A stretch of DNA of 64,000 nucleotides from Rozella allomycis CSF55. Lineage: Eukaryota. Location: the NCBI GenBank assembly GCA_000442015.1, contig KE561054.1:1-64000 (forward strand). Direction: 5' to 3'. Shown here in pieces: positions 34,840-51,218 of the stretch (position 1 is the stretch's first letter; each line of letters starts with the position of its first letter). The notes beneath the pieces are model-generated. The model did not search any database. It was not told the DNA's origin and was given only the letters and a program-made list of their open reading frames with translations. The position numbers and the translations under genes are program-made.

Positions 34840-35018
34840 ATAGGTGGTCTAGAGAACCTTCCTTTATCATATCTTGATTTGGTATTACCGCATATGATTT
34901 AATTATAGGCGAAAAACAAAATTACATCTATTAAGGGCCTTGAAACCCTAACAGAATTAACTTTTCTAGATTTATCAGAAAATAGAATCACTCATTTGTG
35001 TGGTCTTGAAAGCAACAA
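34840..35018 (+). pseudogene. 5' part of an LRR (LRGUK-like) gene fragment
   Basis: GLENLPLSYLDL-AKNKITSIKGLETLTELTFLDLSENRITHLCGLESN with a 27-nt intron; its end sequence recurs at 39609. Confidence 0.55.
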
Positions 35019-35158
35019 ATAATTTGAGATGGATTAATTTATAAGATAGCTGTGGCGAATCGCGGATAGTGAGGTTGCATGAGAATTTCAGGTTGTTGAT
35101 GTACAATGGGGCGCGATGACGCGAGCGATTAATGGAATTTTTTTCTTGATCAGATTCC

Positions 35159-35316
35159 TGACTTGTCGTTGATTGATGGGTTTGTATAACAATTAACAAG
35201 TGGGAAGGTATTCCAAGATTTGTTTGGAGCTGGCCCGTCATGAACCGCATCAAAAGCTATTAGACTCTGTCATTTCTTCTGTACATTGGCTATGTTGGTG
35301 ACAGCTATTGGGAGTC
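35159..35316 (+). pseudogene. Crinkler (CRN)-like effector remnant, duplicated at about 37383-37534
   Basis: Degenerate KWGGIPRFVLE motif; two copies with indels. Confidence 0.5.
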
Positions 35317-35318
35317 NA

Positions 35319-35506
35319 ATATAATAATGTGTAAGCAAGTATCATTCGGAGTGATAACTTGATTATTGTATGATGTTTATGTGGATATAATAATGTGCAT
35401 GGCGAGTATCATGCGGAATGATAACTCGATTATTATATGGATGTTTATGTAGATATAATAATATGCAGCCAAGTATCATGCGGAATGATAACTCGATTAT
35501 TATATG
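35319..35506. repeat. Tandem repeat, about 66-68 bp x 3
   Basis: atataataat...agtatcat(t/g)cgga(g/a)tgataact units start at 35319, 35385 and 35453. Confidence 0.85.
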
Positions 35507-35609
35507 GGGAAAAACGTAGGTTTTCCGAAAATTTTCGAATTCGAAAATTTTCCGAATTTTTTTGTAACAATTGTTATTGCTCTAACCGAAAATTATTTTA
35601 CTAAGAGAA

Positions 35610-36790
35610 TTATAATTTATTATGAGCATCATTTTTTTCAACATAATCTATTTCCTTTTTCTTTAGGTAGTCAACAAATTCAACAGGAATGTCTGGGATA
35701 TCAATATATCTCTCTTGATATATTACTATGTCTATGCCTCTTATGTATTGACACAAGCCGTCACTGTAGCACATCTCCTCCTTTACAAGGCATTGCACCA
35801 GAGTTAAAATATTTGGTTGCGCTGTGGGGATTTTTTCATGCAACCTGCGATTATAACGCTCACAAATGTTATTTGTTCTTTAATTAATAAATTTACAATT
35901 TACCTATTATTCACGTCATCCATATCTTTAAGATGATGAACATTCGATTTATCTACACCATACCTCTTCAACCACACATTGTCAAAGTACTTAAAGAAAT
36001 CATTAATTTTAGATTCCAACCCTTCATCATTATCCGGAAATACGTTTTTGATGCGTTCCCTTAAGACTTCAATACCGTTATCCATAAATTGTGGGTTAAC
36101 AATAGTTAAGAAGGTCATATCCTTCAACATATATTCAACCAAGGGGGATCCAATAATAAATCCACTTTTTTTAAATCTATTATGCAACGCTTGTTTAAAA
36201 TGAAATAGACAACCTACGAATAAAGTTTTAGACATTTTTAAAAAATTAAAGATTCCATTGACTAGAGCTTTCTCATAATCCGAAGTAATATACCTCGGGT
36301 TCCATCGGTAATTCAATTCAGCAGTTACCATGTAAAATAGTTCGGTATATAGTTTTTCATGTTTGCTGGTAAGTAAACTAAAGGCACACGTACTTACAAT
36401 TCTGACGAAGGATCGTATGTCATTATCACTACTAAATGCTTAAACCAAGATGGGACAATTTTGAAAGTGCCATCAAGAAATGTATGATGCCCATGCTTGA
36501 GCAGTCCTACCTCTTCAGTTGACGCCCAAAGAAACACTCTTTGAAAGCTTTCTTTTTCAGTTTTTCCATTTAGAAATAAAGAACGCGTGCCTCTAAAAAA
36601 CAGTCTTCCATCCAATGTGTTACAATGCGGCTCGTCGTGGAGCTCCTCAAGCATTTTGGAAGAAAGAACTTGTCGCTTCTGCCTTACAAAGGCTACTATA
36701 TCTTTATGAGCTGGTGCGTTATAGACTTGCCCTGAAAACTCTTGACGAAGAAGAGAACAAGCTTTTCATATACCGCTTGAGGGTGCAACG
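35610..36790 (-). mobile_element. Degenerate Mutator/MULE DDE transposase
   Basis: FLDGTFK, ITSDYEKAL, GCLFHFKQA, RTNNICERYN; stop plus frameshift at about 36390. Confidence 0.85.
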
Positions 36791-36838
36791 AATANTAAAA
36801 TAATCTTATTAGAAATTAGAATCGTACGGGTAAAATCA

Positions 36839-37141
36839 ATGTTAATGGAAAGTAATACAGTTGGCAAAACATATCTAGTGTATGCTCTAGCCATGACAAG
36901 CCAAAATCTAGTTCGAATAACTTTATCAGATCAAACAGATATCATGAACATATTTGGTTTTGATCTCGATGGATTGAATTTAGCCTGTCTAAGTGTTCTA
37001 GAAGGTTTGTACGCATGTCATGGCTCTGTCTACAGTTCCGAACTTAACAAGGAGCTTAAAGTTTCTAAAGATTGTCATATTGTTTACTGCACAGAATCTT
37101 GTCATAATAATTTACGCATGTTAGGAATAGAGGGTTGTTGA
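36839..37141 (+). pseudogene. Midasin AAA fragment, copy 2
   Basis: VGKTYLVYALA...LVRITLSDQTDIMNIFGFDL-DGLNLACLSVLEGL, same internal deletion as copy 1. Confidence 0.7.
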
Positions 37142-37171
37142 GAGGAATGGANACTCGCTCTCAACTCAAGT

Positions 37172-37330
37172 ATGACTAATAATAACCAGGTACAAATCAA
37201 ACCAAACGTTACCCTGACAGGACAAGACAACTACAACCTCTGGGTCTTCAACACTAGGGCTCAACTAAAGAACAAGGAGCAATGGGACAACCTTTTAGAC
37301 ATTCCCAAAAGTTCATCAGCAGCACCCTGC
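37172..37330 (+). mobile_element. Ty1/copia Gag N-terminal fragment
   Basis: MTNNNQVQIKPNVTLTGQDNYNLWVFNTRAQLKNKEQWD fits the copia gag G..NY..W...L....LW pattern. Confidence 0.5.
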
Positions 37331-37774
37331 GTTCTNCTTGTACTTGAATAACTTTCATTCTTACCTTCTTGATTTTCTAACACTGACTTGTCGTTGATTG
37401 ATGGATTTGTATAACAAGTGGGGAGGTATTCCAAGATTTGTTTGGAGCTGGCCCGTCATGAACTGCATCAAAAGCTATTAGACGCTGTCATTTCTTCTGT
37501 ACATTGGCTATGTTGGTGACAGCTATTGGGAGTCTAGAAGCATCTAGACAGAACGGCTTGACTTCTAAACCAAAATTCATGTGTTTGCATCATATTATGC
37601 AACCGCTGCGATGTACACTCATCTATAGACTATAAGTTTCTNCATTAGGTCCCGTTATGAGGAAAGGTATGATAGTACATCTAAAATAGATATTGATTCA
37701 CTCAAAGAAGCAATCATTCAAGAAAACATGACACAAACTCAAATTATTCAACAATCGGACAAGTCTGCCTTANC

Positions 37775-37925
37775 ACAGACATCAAATTTTTGATTTCATT
37801 GCTGCCTCTGAAAGTGTTGGAGATTTGGAAGTTATCAGGGACATTCTGTTTGAGAAATTCGCACACTCAATCATCCGAAATGGTAATACATTTAAAGTGC
37901 AAGAGTTGTTCGAAAATTGCCCGCG
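37775..37925 (+). pseudogene. CRN-like C-terminal remnant
   Basis: IRDILFEKFAHSIIRNGNTFKVQEL resembles the CRN RG.LFE..AH..L..GG.F motif. Confidence 0.45.
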
Positions 37926-39608
37926 AGGACACCTGACAATCCGTCGTGGAAGCTATACACATTTCGGTTAGACTCTATCTCCTTCACATAAACCTCCCGA
38001 GTTGGCTTATTTCTCCCCAAAAATTCAAAAAAGTATACTTACGTAGTAAAATGAGAAAACTCGATGGCGACGGTAGCAGACAAATTTTCAGAAATATCAA
38101 AATTAGTTATTCCTCCACCCAAGTTGATCAATAGAACCATGATAGTTTACAGTTACTTGATATTACTGGTAAGTGATATGTGGTAAGATTACCCTCGACC
38201 CATCTCTTTGAGCAAAACGTTGACTTTGAACAAGAACTTCGGGATATTGAAAACGGAGATGATAATTTTTATTAAATATATCATAATTTTTTATTGATTA
38301 ATTAAATTCTCATAGTTGATCAAGGCTATGACATAATGACCTGGATCTCCAACATTTTTTTTGAAAGCATAGTACAAAATTCGTTTTCCACGAAGGTCCA
38401 TGAAATCTTCCGTGTGTATGAATGCTGATTTGGAAATTTATGGAAGGTACATAAGCCATTCAGGAATCAGGAATGCCCATTCATTATTAATTTTCGAACA
38501 ACTCAACTAAATAAAGTTTTTTTCTTTCTCCAAAACAACCATGGCAGGTAAAATAGAAGTTCTATCTTTAAATAGGATCTATAAGTACTGTATAGCATAA
38601 TAGTCAAAAAATTGCTGAATTCTTTTACAATCAGGCAGTTCATCCGGTTTTTCGTAAATTTTCTAGGTAATTTTGAAANCTAGGCTTATGTGCCATTCAG
38701 GAATCAGGAATGCCCATTCATTTTGAATTTTCGAACAACTCAACTAAATAAAGTTTTTTTTCTCTCTCCAAAACAACCATGGCAGGTGAAATAGAAGTTC
38801 TAACTTCTATCTTTAAATAGGATCTATAAGTACTGTATAGCACAATAGTCAAAGAATTGCATTATTGCTGAATTCTTTTACAATCGATACGCTTTGAATT
38901 TCGCAAATCCAAATACATAAAAGACAAAAGATCCTTTATTGAAATTTATTAAATGAATCTTTGGCAGAATAAGTCACTATAAAATGATTGCAACTCATTC
39001 TGAGAAACTAGCACAACTTTGCCACAGGTAAGATTGTNTTGAACTGAATTTGAACCCTCTTTTAGAAATATCGAAAAAATGTCGCCACCTGGTTTGATAC
39101 CTACGCATAAAGCTATCGCAGATAAATTCGCGTGATTTAGAAAAATATTACTTATTCAGTCGTATAAAGGTTTAACCTTTTACAAACGAGACGATTATGA
39201 AGCACTTCGCTTTGAGTGCCTGCAGGAAATGGACTGCAATTTGAAATCGCATAGCCAAGAATTTCGTGAGCTAGATAAAAAAATTAAAGTTAACTTGCTA
39301 ACAAAAACTCTTTCAGTCCTCGTAAGAGTCCACGGAAGATTGCAAATCAGACTTCCGAGTCGATTGGNTCCGGCATAAGCTGTATGCTGTATGGTAATAG
39401 TACCAAGCAGGAACGATATGAAACCGCGGGAGGTGACACTTTATTAGTAGGCCTTGGATTCTGGAAATGGATTCCATCATGTTTCATTANTGAACTCAAC
39501 AATTGGCAAAACGTACGAGAGCAAGCTATTCGAGAATTAGTGGACTCCAATACTGCTTGCTCTTGTCACTGACAAATTGCAATGAGAATTCCGAGGTTCG
39601 TTGTACNA

Positions 39609-39968
39609 CATTTGTGTGGTCTTGAAAGCAACAAGATGTTAAGTAAACTTGATGTAAGCAAAAACCTGATATCTTCAATTCGTGATTTGAATCCGATTAA
39701 ATCTTTGCCATTGCTTTGCAACTTGGATCTTAGGTTAAATGAAATCTCTATCATAAAGTTTTATAGATCCAAGTTAATATTCCATTTCTCTAAACTCCAA
39801 GTTTTGGATCTTCAAATAATTAGCAACGAAGAAAAGATTACAGCGATCAATATGTTTGATCCTCCCAGATACGTTGTAGACGCGGAAGAAAATGCGAGAA
39901 AGTTGCATCAAAGAATAAGTGAAAATCCAGAAACAAAATTGGTCCGACAAACATTGAAAATAAAATAG
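39609..39968 (+). CDS. 3' part of LRR gene (LRGUK/LRRC23-like axonemal protein)
   Basis: LRRs, LRR cap YRSKLIFHFSKLQVLD, then EEKITAINMFDPP as in LRGUK. Confidence 0.55.
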   Translation, partial: HLCGLESNKMLSKLDVSKNLISSIRDLNPIKSLPLLCNLDLRLNEISIIKFYRSKLIFHFSKLQVLDLQIISNEEKITAINMFDPPRYVVDAEENARKLHQRISENPETKLVRQTLKIK

Positions 39969-39982
39969 AGAGACTTTTGACG

Positions 39983-41055
39983 TTAATTTACTTTATTAGC
40001 TTTTTTGGCTTTGAATTCCTCAAAAAACTCTTTGATGTTCTAAATTACTTTGGATATGTTTGCTCACTTGTTCAGATATTATTTTATCTTTAAAATTATT
40101 GCAGAAAGCGTTAAATTCAGTTTTAAGATCGTTGTATTCATGAATCGCATCTATTATAGCTGGTTGTGGCAAAGAACTGATGTCATTTTGGTGATCAGTG
40201 AGAATTTTATTGAAAACCCCATCCATTAAATTTTCGGCTTTCACAAATAAATGAATTTTCTACCTGGCGTTAGAATGACGTCTTCAGGTGGATCATAGGG
40301 AGTTTCTTCACTGAACAAAAATGGAAACTCTCGCTCGAATGTTAAACAATTCGGACACCTGCAAACTTTGCTTCGCCATTCCTCTTGTAAATAGCAATCT
40401 ATTCAAATAAAATGCTTGATGATTACCACCATTTGAATTGAAAGTGCATGGATGATTTGCTTCAAGTCCTATTAAATGTTCAAGAAAAGGTTGGAAATTG
40501 GGAACGCAATTTCTGCATATGAAAGAGTCGAATGATTCTAAATCAATGTTCTGTTCAATACAGGAGTCATGAAACCAATCAAAGCACGATATGCACTGAA
40601 GCATTTCTCTTGTTTCTTTCTCTGGGTCATATGAAGAATCACAAAAACAAAATTTTCCAAAATAATTGTGATAATCTTTTGAATTTTTGTCAAGGTAAGG
40701 CTGCTTTTCGTTTACAGGATATTTTTCATTTTCCAAAAAGCATTGGCCTTTTTTATTAATGAATATTAGTTACTAGTGTTGCCGACTGTACAGCAGTCAC
40801 ATCTAATGGACCTTTTCAGCCAAAGCTCCTCTATTTCATGTTCTGCGTGACACGAAATGCTACAAGCATAACATGTGACTCGTGGGATTTCGCCCTCTGC
40901 TGCAGGATTACAAGTTAAGCATCTGTATACTCTTTGAAGGACATATCCTGTAAATAAAGATAAAATAAATTACCCTGAGAATAAGAGCATTTATCTATGC
41001 GAAAAGGATAAGTTTGGAAGGCCTCTTGAGTGATTAAGGCGTCAAAATCTACCAT
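39983..41055 (-). CDS. UBR7: UBR7/Mlo2 (UBR-box plus PHD)
   Basis: KCSYSQGY...CLTC...CYACSISCHAEHE...RCDC; YHNYFGKFCFC...MLQCISCFDWFH. Confidence 0.88.
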
Positions 41056-41261
41056 TTGACTTTTCCAATTTTAAAGAAATCAAAATGCTAAAGTTACTTT
41101 TTAATTTTATTCCAATTTTTTATAAACAAAATGATAGAAATTATAATAGAAATATAAGTCTTGTTACTCTTGTCACTTGTGCATGTTAATGGGCCCAATT
41201 TAAGGTCAATTATTCAACGTGCGTTAAAAACATTTAGAATTAAAGAATAATAGAATATAAA

Positions 41262-45345
<4,084 letters not shown>

Positions 45346-45470
45346 GGGTTGAAAGGGTAAGGTAGGGGTTGAATGAACTTAATAAACTTTAATGATTAAT
45401 GCTAAGACTTTAAAACATTTTAATTTAAATCTTTTTAATTTCAAACTAATTATTTCAAACATTTTGTTTA

Positions 45471-46164
45471 TTAAAGATCGTCATCCTCTTCTGGAAGTGG
45501 CTGGTTCATGGCTTGCGTCAAGTCTTGGTTGTATTGCGCCATCAATTGTGGATCAACGGCTACTTCAGGTGGTGCAAGCGCTGGTGACGCTACCAACTCC
45601 AAATTGGGATTGCCTGTCAACTTTCTCGCCAACCAGATAAACGGCTTCTCAAAGTTATAATTACTCTTGGCTGAAATATCAAAATATTGCAGATTCTTCT
45701 TGCGGTGGAACGTTATGCTCTTTGGCTTCACTTTACGGTCCTTTTATCGCCAAAAATTCATCTTACTTTGATATCAACCTTGTTGCCACACAGAACAATT
45801 GGAATGTTCTCACACACTCTCGTTAAATCACGATGCCAGTTCGGTACATTCTTATACGTAATACGCGACGTCACATCAAACATGATAATCCCACACTGTC
45901 CAGAAATATAATAGCCATCACGCAAGCCTCCAAACTTTTCTTGTCCAGCGGTATCCCACGTATTAAAACATATCGGGCCATAGTTTGTATGGAAAACTAA
46001 TGGATGCACCTCAACTCCCAATGTCGCTATCTCATCCCTACTCGTATCTTACCTACATACTTTTTTTCGAATTCTCCTGTCAAGTGACGCTTCACAAATG
46101 TCGTCTTGCCTGTACCACCATCTCCTACTAGAACTAACTTGAACGATGGAACTTGGTTTTCCAT
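45471..46164 (-). CDS. GSP1: Ran GTPase
   Basis: [33 protein letters not shown]-terminal LPEEDDDL. Confidence 0.97.
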
Positions 46165-46453
46165 TTGCAAGGGTCAAGGGCTGAAAAAGTTTAGCCACAA
46201 AGAATGTCAGGGAAAATTATTGACAAAAATAGGGTTTGAGATGAGAGTAGAGTAAGTATTAAATGAGAGTATCTAGATTGAGAGAGGGGTTAAGGGGTGT
46301 TAGATTCAGAATAATTGAAGTTTGAAAATTTGTTGAATTTAAAAGTTGATATATAAAATTTGATTAAAGGCGATACATAATTCTTAATCTTATAATTCTT
46401 AATTCATAAATTCATTAACCCAAAACAAAATATTAACTTAAGAATTTTATTTA

Positions 46454-47911
46454 CTAATCAATTACTTTGTATGTAATTCCCCGCTTCAGTGGTTTTTCTT
46501 TTGGCTCATCAGGGTTCAATACACTCCTCAAATAGTCAGTCACACTCTTCACATTTTCAGAATACTTTGATGAAACTGGAATCACTTTCAATTGCGTCTT
46601 TTCTTCAAATTGCTTCACTCGTTCTTCAACATTCTCTAATCGATCCATCTTATTGCCAATTATCAATGATGTTCGGTTAATCAACTCTTCCTTGTAAAGC
46701 CTCAACTCATTCTGCAATATCTCGAAATCCTTCCAGGGTTCAGGCTTCGACATGTCCACAACGTACACGAGTATTTTACATCGCTCAATATGACGAAGAA
46801 AAGAAAATCCAAGCCCATAATTTAAATGCGCTCCCATAATAATTCCAGGTATATCCGCTATTATAAACTTGTAATGATCTGCAAAATCTACAGAACCCAA
46901 ATACGGATTCAATGTAGTAAATGGATACGGCGCTATTTTAGGATGCGCATTAGAAACAGCATTTAAAAATGTACTCTACTAAAATACGTAAAATCACCAA
47001 ACCTTTCCGGCATTCGGTAGACCCACAAGCCCAACATCAGCAACTGTTTTTAACTCGAGACTAAGATACCGCAGCTCTCCATTTGTACCCTCCTCGAATG
47101 CATTTATTTGATCCTCTAAAAATTTATTTCCTCGGCCACCTTCCCCTCCCCGGCAAATCAATATTTTCTTGCCGGGTTCATCAAAGTCAAATGATTGGTC
47201 CAGTGGGCTTTTATTGTAAAAGGTTCCTTGGAAATGCTTTAAATCATCAGCTAGTACATGCTTTGATGTAACATCTTTCATTATTCTATGATACAATCGT
47301 GATTAGATTACGTTCCAACTGGCACTTTCAAAATCAAGTCGTCACCACAACGTCCATTCATATCGTTCCCATGACCTCTATCACCGTCATCCGCTGATAA
47401 TCTTTTCCTCAAGTGTTTCAAAGTATGGACAGCACTGCAAGCTTCCAAATAGACACTACCTCCTCTGCCTCCATTCCCACCCTCTCATAGCTAGATTTTC
47501 TAATTACCGTAGCCGGGAAAAAGCCTGATCGAAGAGGATTGTCAAATGAAGAGCAACCATTACCACCTCGTCCTCCTTGGAATCTAATCACCATCCAATC
47601 TATAAAATTGCCATCCTCTACTATTGTATTCAATTATTTACCATGGTTTGCAATTTATAGGCTTTGTATTTCCAGTCTTTTTCTATGTCTTTCATGTTTC
47701 TGTTCAAAACTTGCTTCTCTCTCATCAAATAATCATCATTGTATTGAGTAACATCAGTTTTTTGATAAATTATCGCATCATTAGCACTGGGCTTATTTCT
47801 TCCCTTTCTTCTATATGTCGCATAATATACAATTCTGCTTAAATTTATTCCTCTGTGTAAATCAGGTTGGCACTGTATAGAGTTGTAGTAGATCGTAAAA
47901 GGAAACATCAT
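46454..47911 (-). CDS. MTG2: Mitochondrial Obg-family GTPase
   Basis: GGRGGNGC Obg fold, ELKTVADVGLVGLPNAGK, IADIPGII, FLRHIER, NKMD. Confidence 0.85.
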
Positions 47912-48147
47912 TTTGTCAATTAAATTTTGAAAAGCCAAATCTGGAATTTAAAGAAATTTGATAAGCTTTTTAGTTTTTGAAAGAAACAATTGGTGAACCA
48001 CCGTCTATTTCTAAATCGATGGTTCCTGAAAGGGACGGGATTATACTTATAGTACTCAAATATCTTTATAAATTTCTTTATTCATTAAGGATGAGTATAG
48101 AATATTGAAAATATAATAAATTCACTGCCCATTTTCTTTAGAACAAT

Positions 48148-48609
48148 ATGGAAAGTGGCGCAGGAATGCAAAAACGACCAAGAAGTGAAGATTCCGATGA
48201 AAATTTCTTCAATATCAATAATCATGAAATTCCAATTTTAAAAAAACTCAGACATTCAAATTTAAATCTTAAACGCCAGTTAGAATCCTTAGATGAACCT
48301 CATAGTATTAAAAAGATGAAGACCGTAAATGCTGAAAACATGGAACAATTCAACAATCTAACACAAGAATCAATAGACCTGGGCCAATGTTATAATTATC
48401 AAACTTTAACAATTCATCCACTCTTTGAAGATTATTTGAATAAAAACATTTCAACAAGTCATCGGTTATTGGACTTTGATTTGTACAACGAGGAAAAACC
48501 GGAAGATGAAAAGAGTCCATCAAATCGCTCAAGTCCAACAAATACCGGGGCTCTAATTCTGTATAACGAAAATCCACTGAATTTTCACAATAATCAATTT
48601 TGCATGTAA
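48148..48609 (+). CDS. Hypothetical protein
   Basis: 153-aa ATG ORF with a basic NLS-like N-terminus; AATAAA just after the stop. Confidence 0.5.
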   Translation: MESGAGMQKRPRSEDSDENFFNINNHEIPILKKLRHSNLNLKRQLESLDEPHSIKKMKTVNAENMEQFNNLTQESIDLGQCYNYQTLTIHPLFEDYLNKNISTSHRLLDFDLYNEEKPEDEKSPSNRSSPTNTGALILYNENPLNFHNNQFCM

Positions 48610-48635
48610 AAATAAAATACTATATTTATTAAATA

Positions 48636-50041
48636 TTAATGCTGCGACCACTCAATAGATTTCAAATCTATGCCTTCTTGCACCATTTCCCACAAGGGGC
48701 TCAATTCGCGAAGTTTATTAACGTGGTACACAGTGGCTTTCACACACATATCAATTTCTTCCTCTGTAGTGAATCTACCAATACCAAACCTGATTGATGA
48801 ATGTGCCATATCTTCTTCTGTGCCTAACGCCCTTAAAACGTATGAAGGTTCCAATGATGCAGAAGTACATGCAGATCCAGAAGAAAGTGCAAAGTCTTTT
48901 AAAGCCATTAAAAGTGACTCTCCTTCGACGTATCCAAAAGATAGATTGATGCAACCTAACTCGGAATAATGTCTAAAACTTACCAGGGTAGGAATGATTA
49001 TAATCACCATTAAATTTTACGTGTGTGAGTTTCGACATTATTCCGTCAACTAACCTTTTAGAAAGAGCTGAAATTCTTTTTGAATCAACATCCATTTCGG
49101 CAAGGGATAGTCGACAAGCCTCACCAAGGCCAACGACAAGAGGAGTTGGTACTTAATTAATTTAGCCATTATTTATGTACCTGTTCCTGATCTAAGACCT
49201 CTTTCTTGCCCTCCACCAGAAATTAATGGCTCCAATCTGACTCTTGGCCTTCTACGAACAAACAGGGCACCGATACCTTTTGGGCCATAAACTTTATGTC
49301 CCGAAATAGATAAAAGGTCAATGTTAGATTTATTGACGTCAATTGGAATCTTTCCGACAGCCTGTGCAGCATCAGTATGAAAGAACACTCCTTTCTCTCT
49401 ACAAATTTTGCCAATCTCTGAAATAGGTTGAATAACGCCTATTTCGTTGTTTACAGCCATGACCGAAACCAAAGCGGTATCTGGCCTAATTGTGTCCCGA
49501 AGCCTTTGTAAATCCACCAAGCCCGACGAGGACACTGGCAAATAAGTGACATCAAAACCTTCTTCTTGCATAACTCTGCAAGAATCAAGAACACATTTAT
49601 GTTCTGTTTGTGTAGTAATTATATGTTTTTTAGTTTTGCGATAAAAACGTGGAACACCCTTAATTGCCATATTATTAGATTCCGTGGCGCCAGAAGTGAA
49701 TATTATTTCTTTTGGATTGGCGTTTATCAACGCGGCGACGTTCTATTGAAATAATATGGTTAATTTACATTTCTTGCTTCTTCAACACCTTTTTCACTTT
49801 CCCAGCCATATTCATGAGTTCTCGAATGTGGATTACCAAATTTGTTTGTCATATATGGTAGCATTTTGTCAACTACTCTTGGATCCATCGGAGTAGTTGC
49901 TTGCATGTCTAAATAAATAGGTTTTCCGTCCCTTTTAACGATTTTGGGAGGCTCGAATCCTGGTGGGATATTTGTAGCGAATAATCTGGAAAAAAATTTG
50001 GAAGAAATGATTGGCCTGCTAGAAGTCACAAAACTCATCAT
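48636..50041 (-). CDS. NFS1: Cysteine desulfurase Nfs1
   Basis: [45 protein letters not shown]. Confidence 0.97.
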
Positions 50042-50358
50042 TTCGAAACACCAGGGTACAACTGCAAACTATAATGATAAACAACTTTAGAATAGTGCAA
50101 ATGCTAATTTAAAAATTTATTAATAGGAACAAAATTAATTGGCTACTCTCTTCTAAATAAATTGTATGTATTCGACAATGGCTGGTATTGAAGGTTTATA
50201 TAATTTCAAAAAATTAAATAACTTTAAAAAGATAATGTGCCCCGTTAGAATTGAGAGATCAATTTCGTTTTCTGAAATTCAGGAATGGCAAATTTCGAAA
50301 ATTCTTAAACGCAAAATTTTCTGAACCCTGGTTTTTACTAAAGGCGTGAATAATCACT

Positions 50359-51123
50359 ATGTCTGAACAAAAAGGAACAAGAGGAGGATTTGGAGGTCGT
50401 GGCCGTCGCCCAGGCCGTAATCAACGTCGTGGCAAGGAAGAAGAAAAGGACAAGTGGGTCCCAGTTACCAAGCTTGGACGTTTGGTATTGGAAGGAAAGA
50501 TTAAGAGCATGGAGGAAATCTACCAACACTCTTTGCCAATCAAGGAATACCAAATCGTTGACTTTTTCTTGCCAAACTTGAAGGATGAAGTCATGAAGAT
50601 TATGCCAGTTCAAAAGCAAACCCAAGCTGGACAAAGAACTCGTTTCAAGGCTTTCGTTGTTGTTGGAGACTACAATGGACATATTGGATTGGGAGTTAAG
50701 TGCGCAAAGGAAGTCGCAACCGCTATTCGTGGAGCTATCATTCTTGCTAAATTGAGTGTCATCCCTGTTCGCCGTGGTTACTGGGGTACTGTTCTCGGAA
50801 ACCCACACACAGTTCCAATGAAGGTCACCGGAAAGTCTGGATCTGTCATCTGTCGTTTGGTCCCTGCGCCACGTGGTACCGGAATTGTTGCTGCGCCAAC
50901 CCCAAAGAAAGTTCTCCAAATGGCTGGAATCGATGATTGCTATACAACTTCTCGTGGATCTACCAAGACTCTCGGAAACTTTGTCAAAGCTACCTTTGCT
51001 GCTATTGGAAACACTTATTCATTCTTGTCCCCTGATCTTTGGGCCAAGACTGAATTGACTCCTTCACCATTCCAAGAGCACAGCGACTTTTTGTCCAAGG
51101 CTCACTTTGGCAAATCTCGTTAA
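50359..51123 (+). CDS. RPS2: 40S ribosomal protein S2 (uS5), intronless
   Basis: RGG N-terminus, [34 protein letters not shown]. Confidence 0.98.
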   Translation: MSEQKGTRGGFGGRGRRPGRNQRRGKEEEKDKWVPVTKLGRLVLEGKIKSMEEIYQHSLPIKEYQIVDFFLPNLKDEVMKIMPVQKQTQAGQRTRFKAFVVVGDYNGHIGLGVKCAKEVATAIRGAIILAKLSVIPVRRGYWGTVLGNPHTVPMKVTGKSGSVICRLVPAPRGTGIVAAPTPKKVLQMAGIDDCYTTSRGSTKTLGNFVKATFAAIGNTYSFLSPDLWAKTELTPSPFQEHSDFLSKAHFGKSR

Positions 51124-51218
51124 ATAAATTCATTCTTTCAAATGTTTAAATTTCGAATGTTTAAATAAATTTTTTAAATTTATATATCGCAGATGTTTAA
51201 AGGTTAAGCCAATTATTT

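Noticed and set aside
50338-50919. 193-aa antisense ORF over RPS2, and similar shadow ORFs (51933-52784, 20651-21208, 41703-42254)
   Set aside because: Antisense shadows of real genes with no recognisable motifs.
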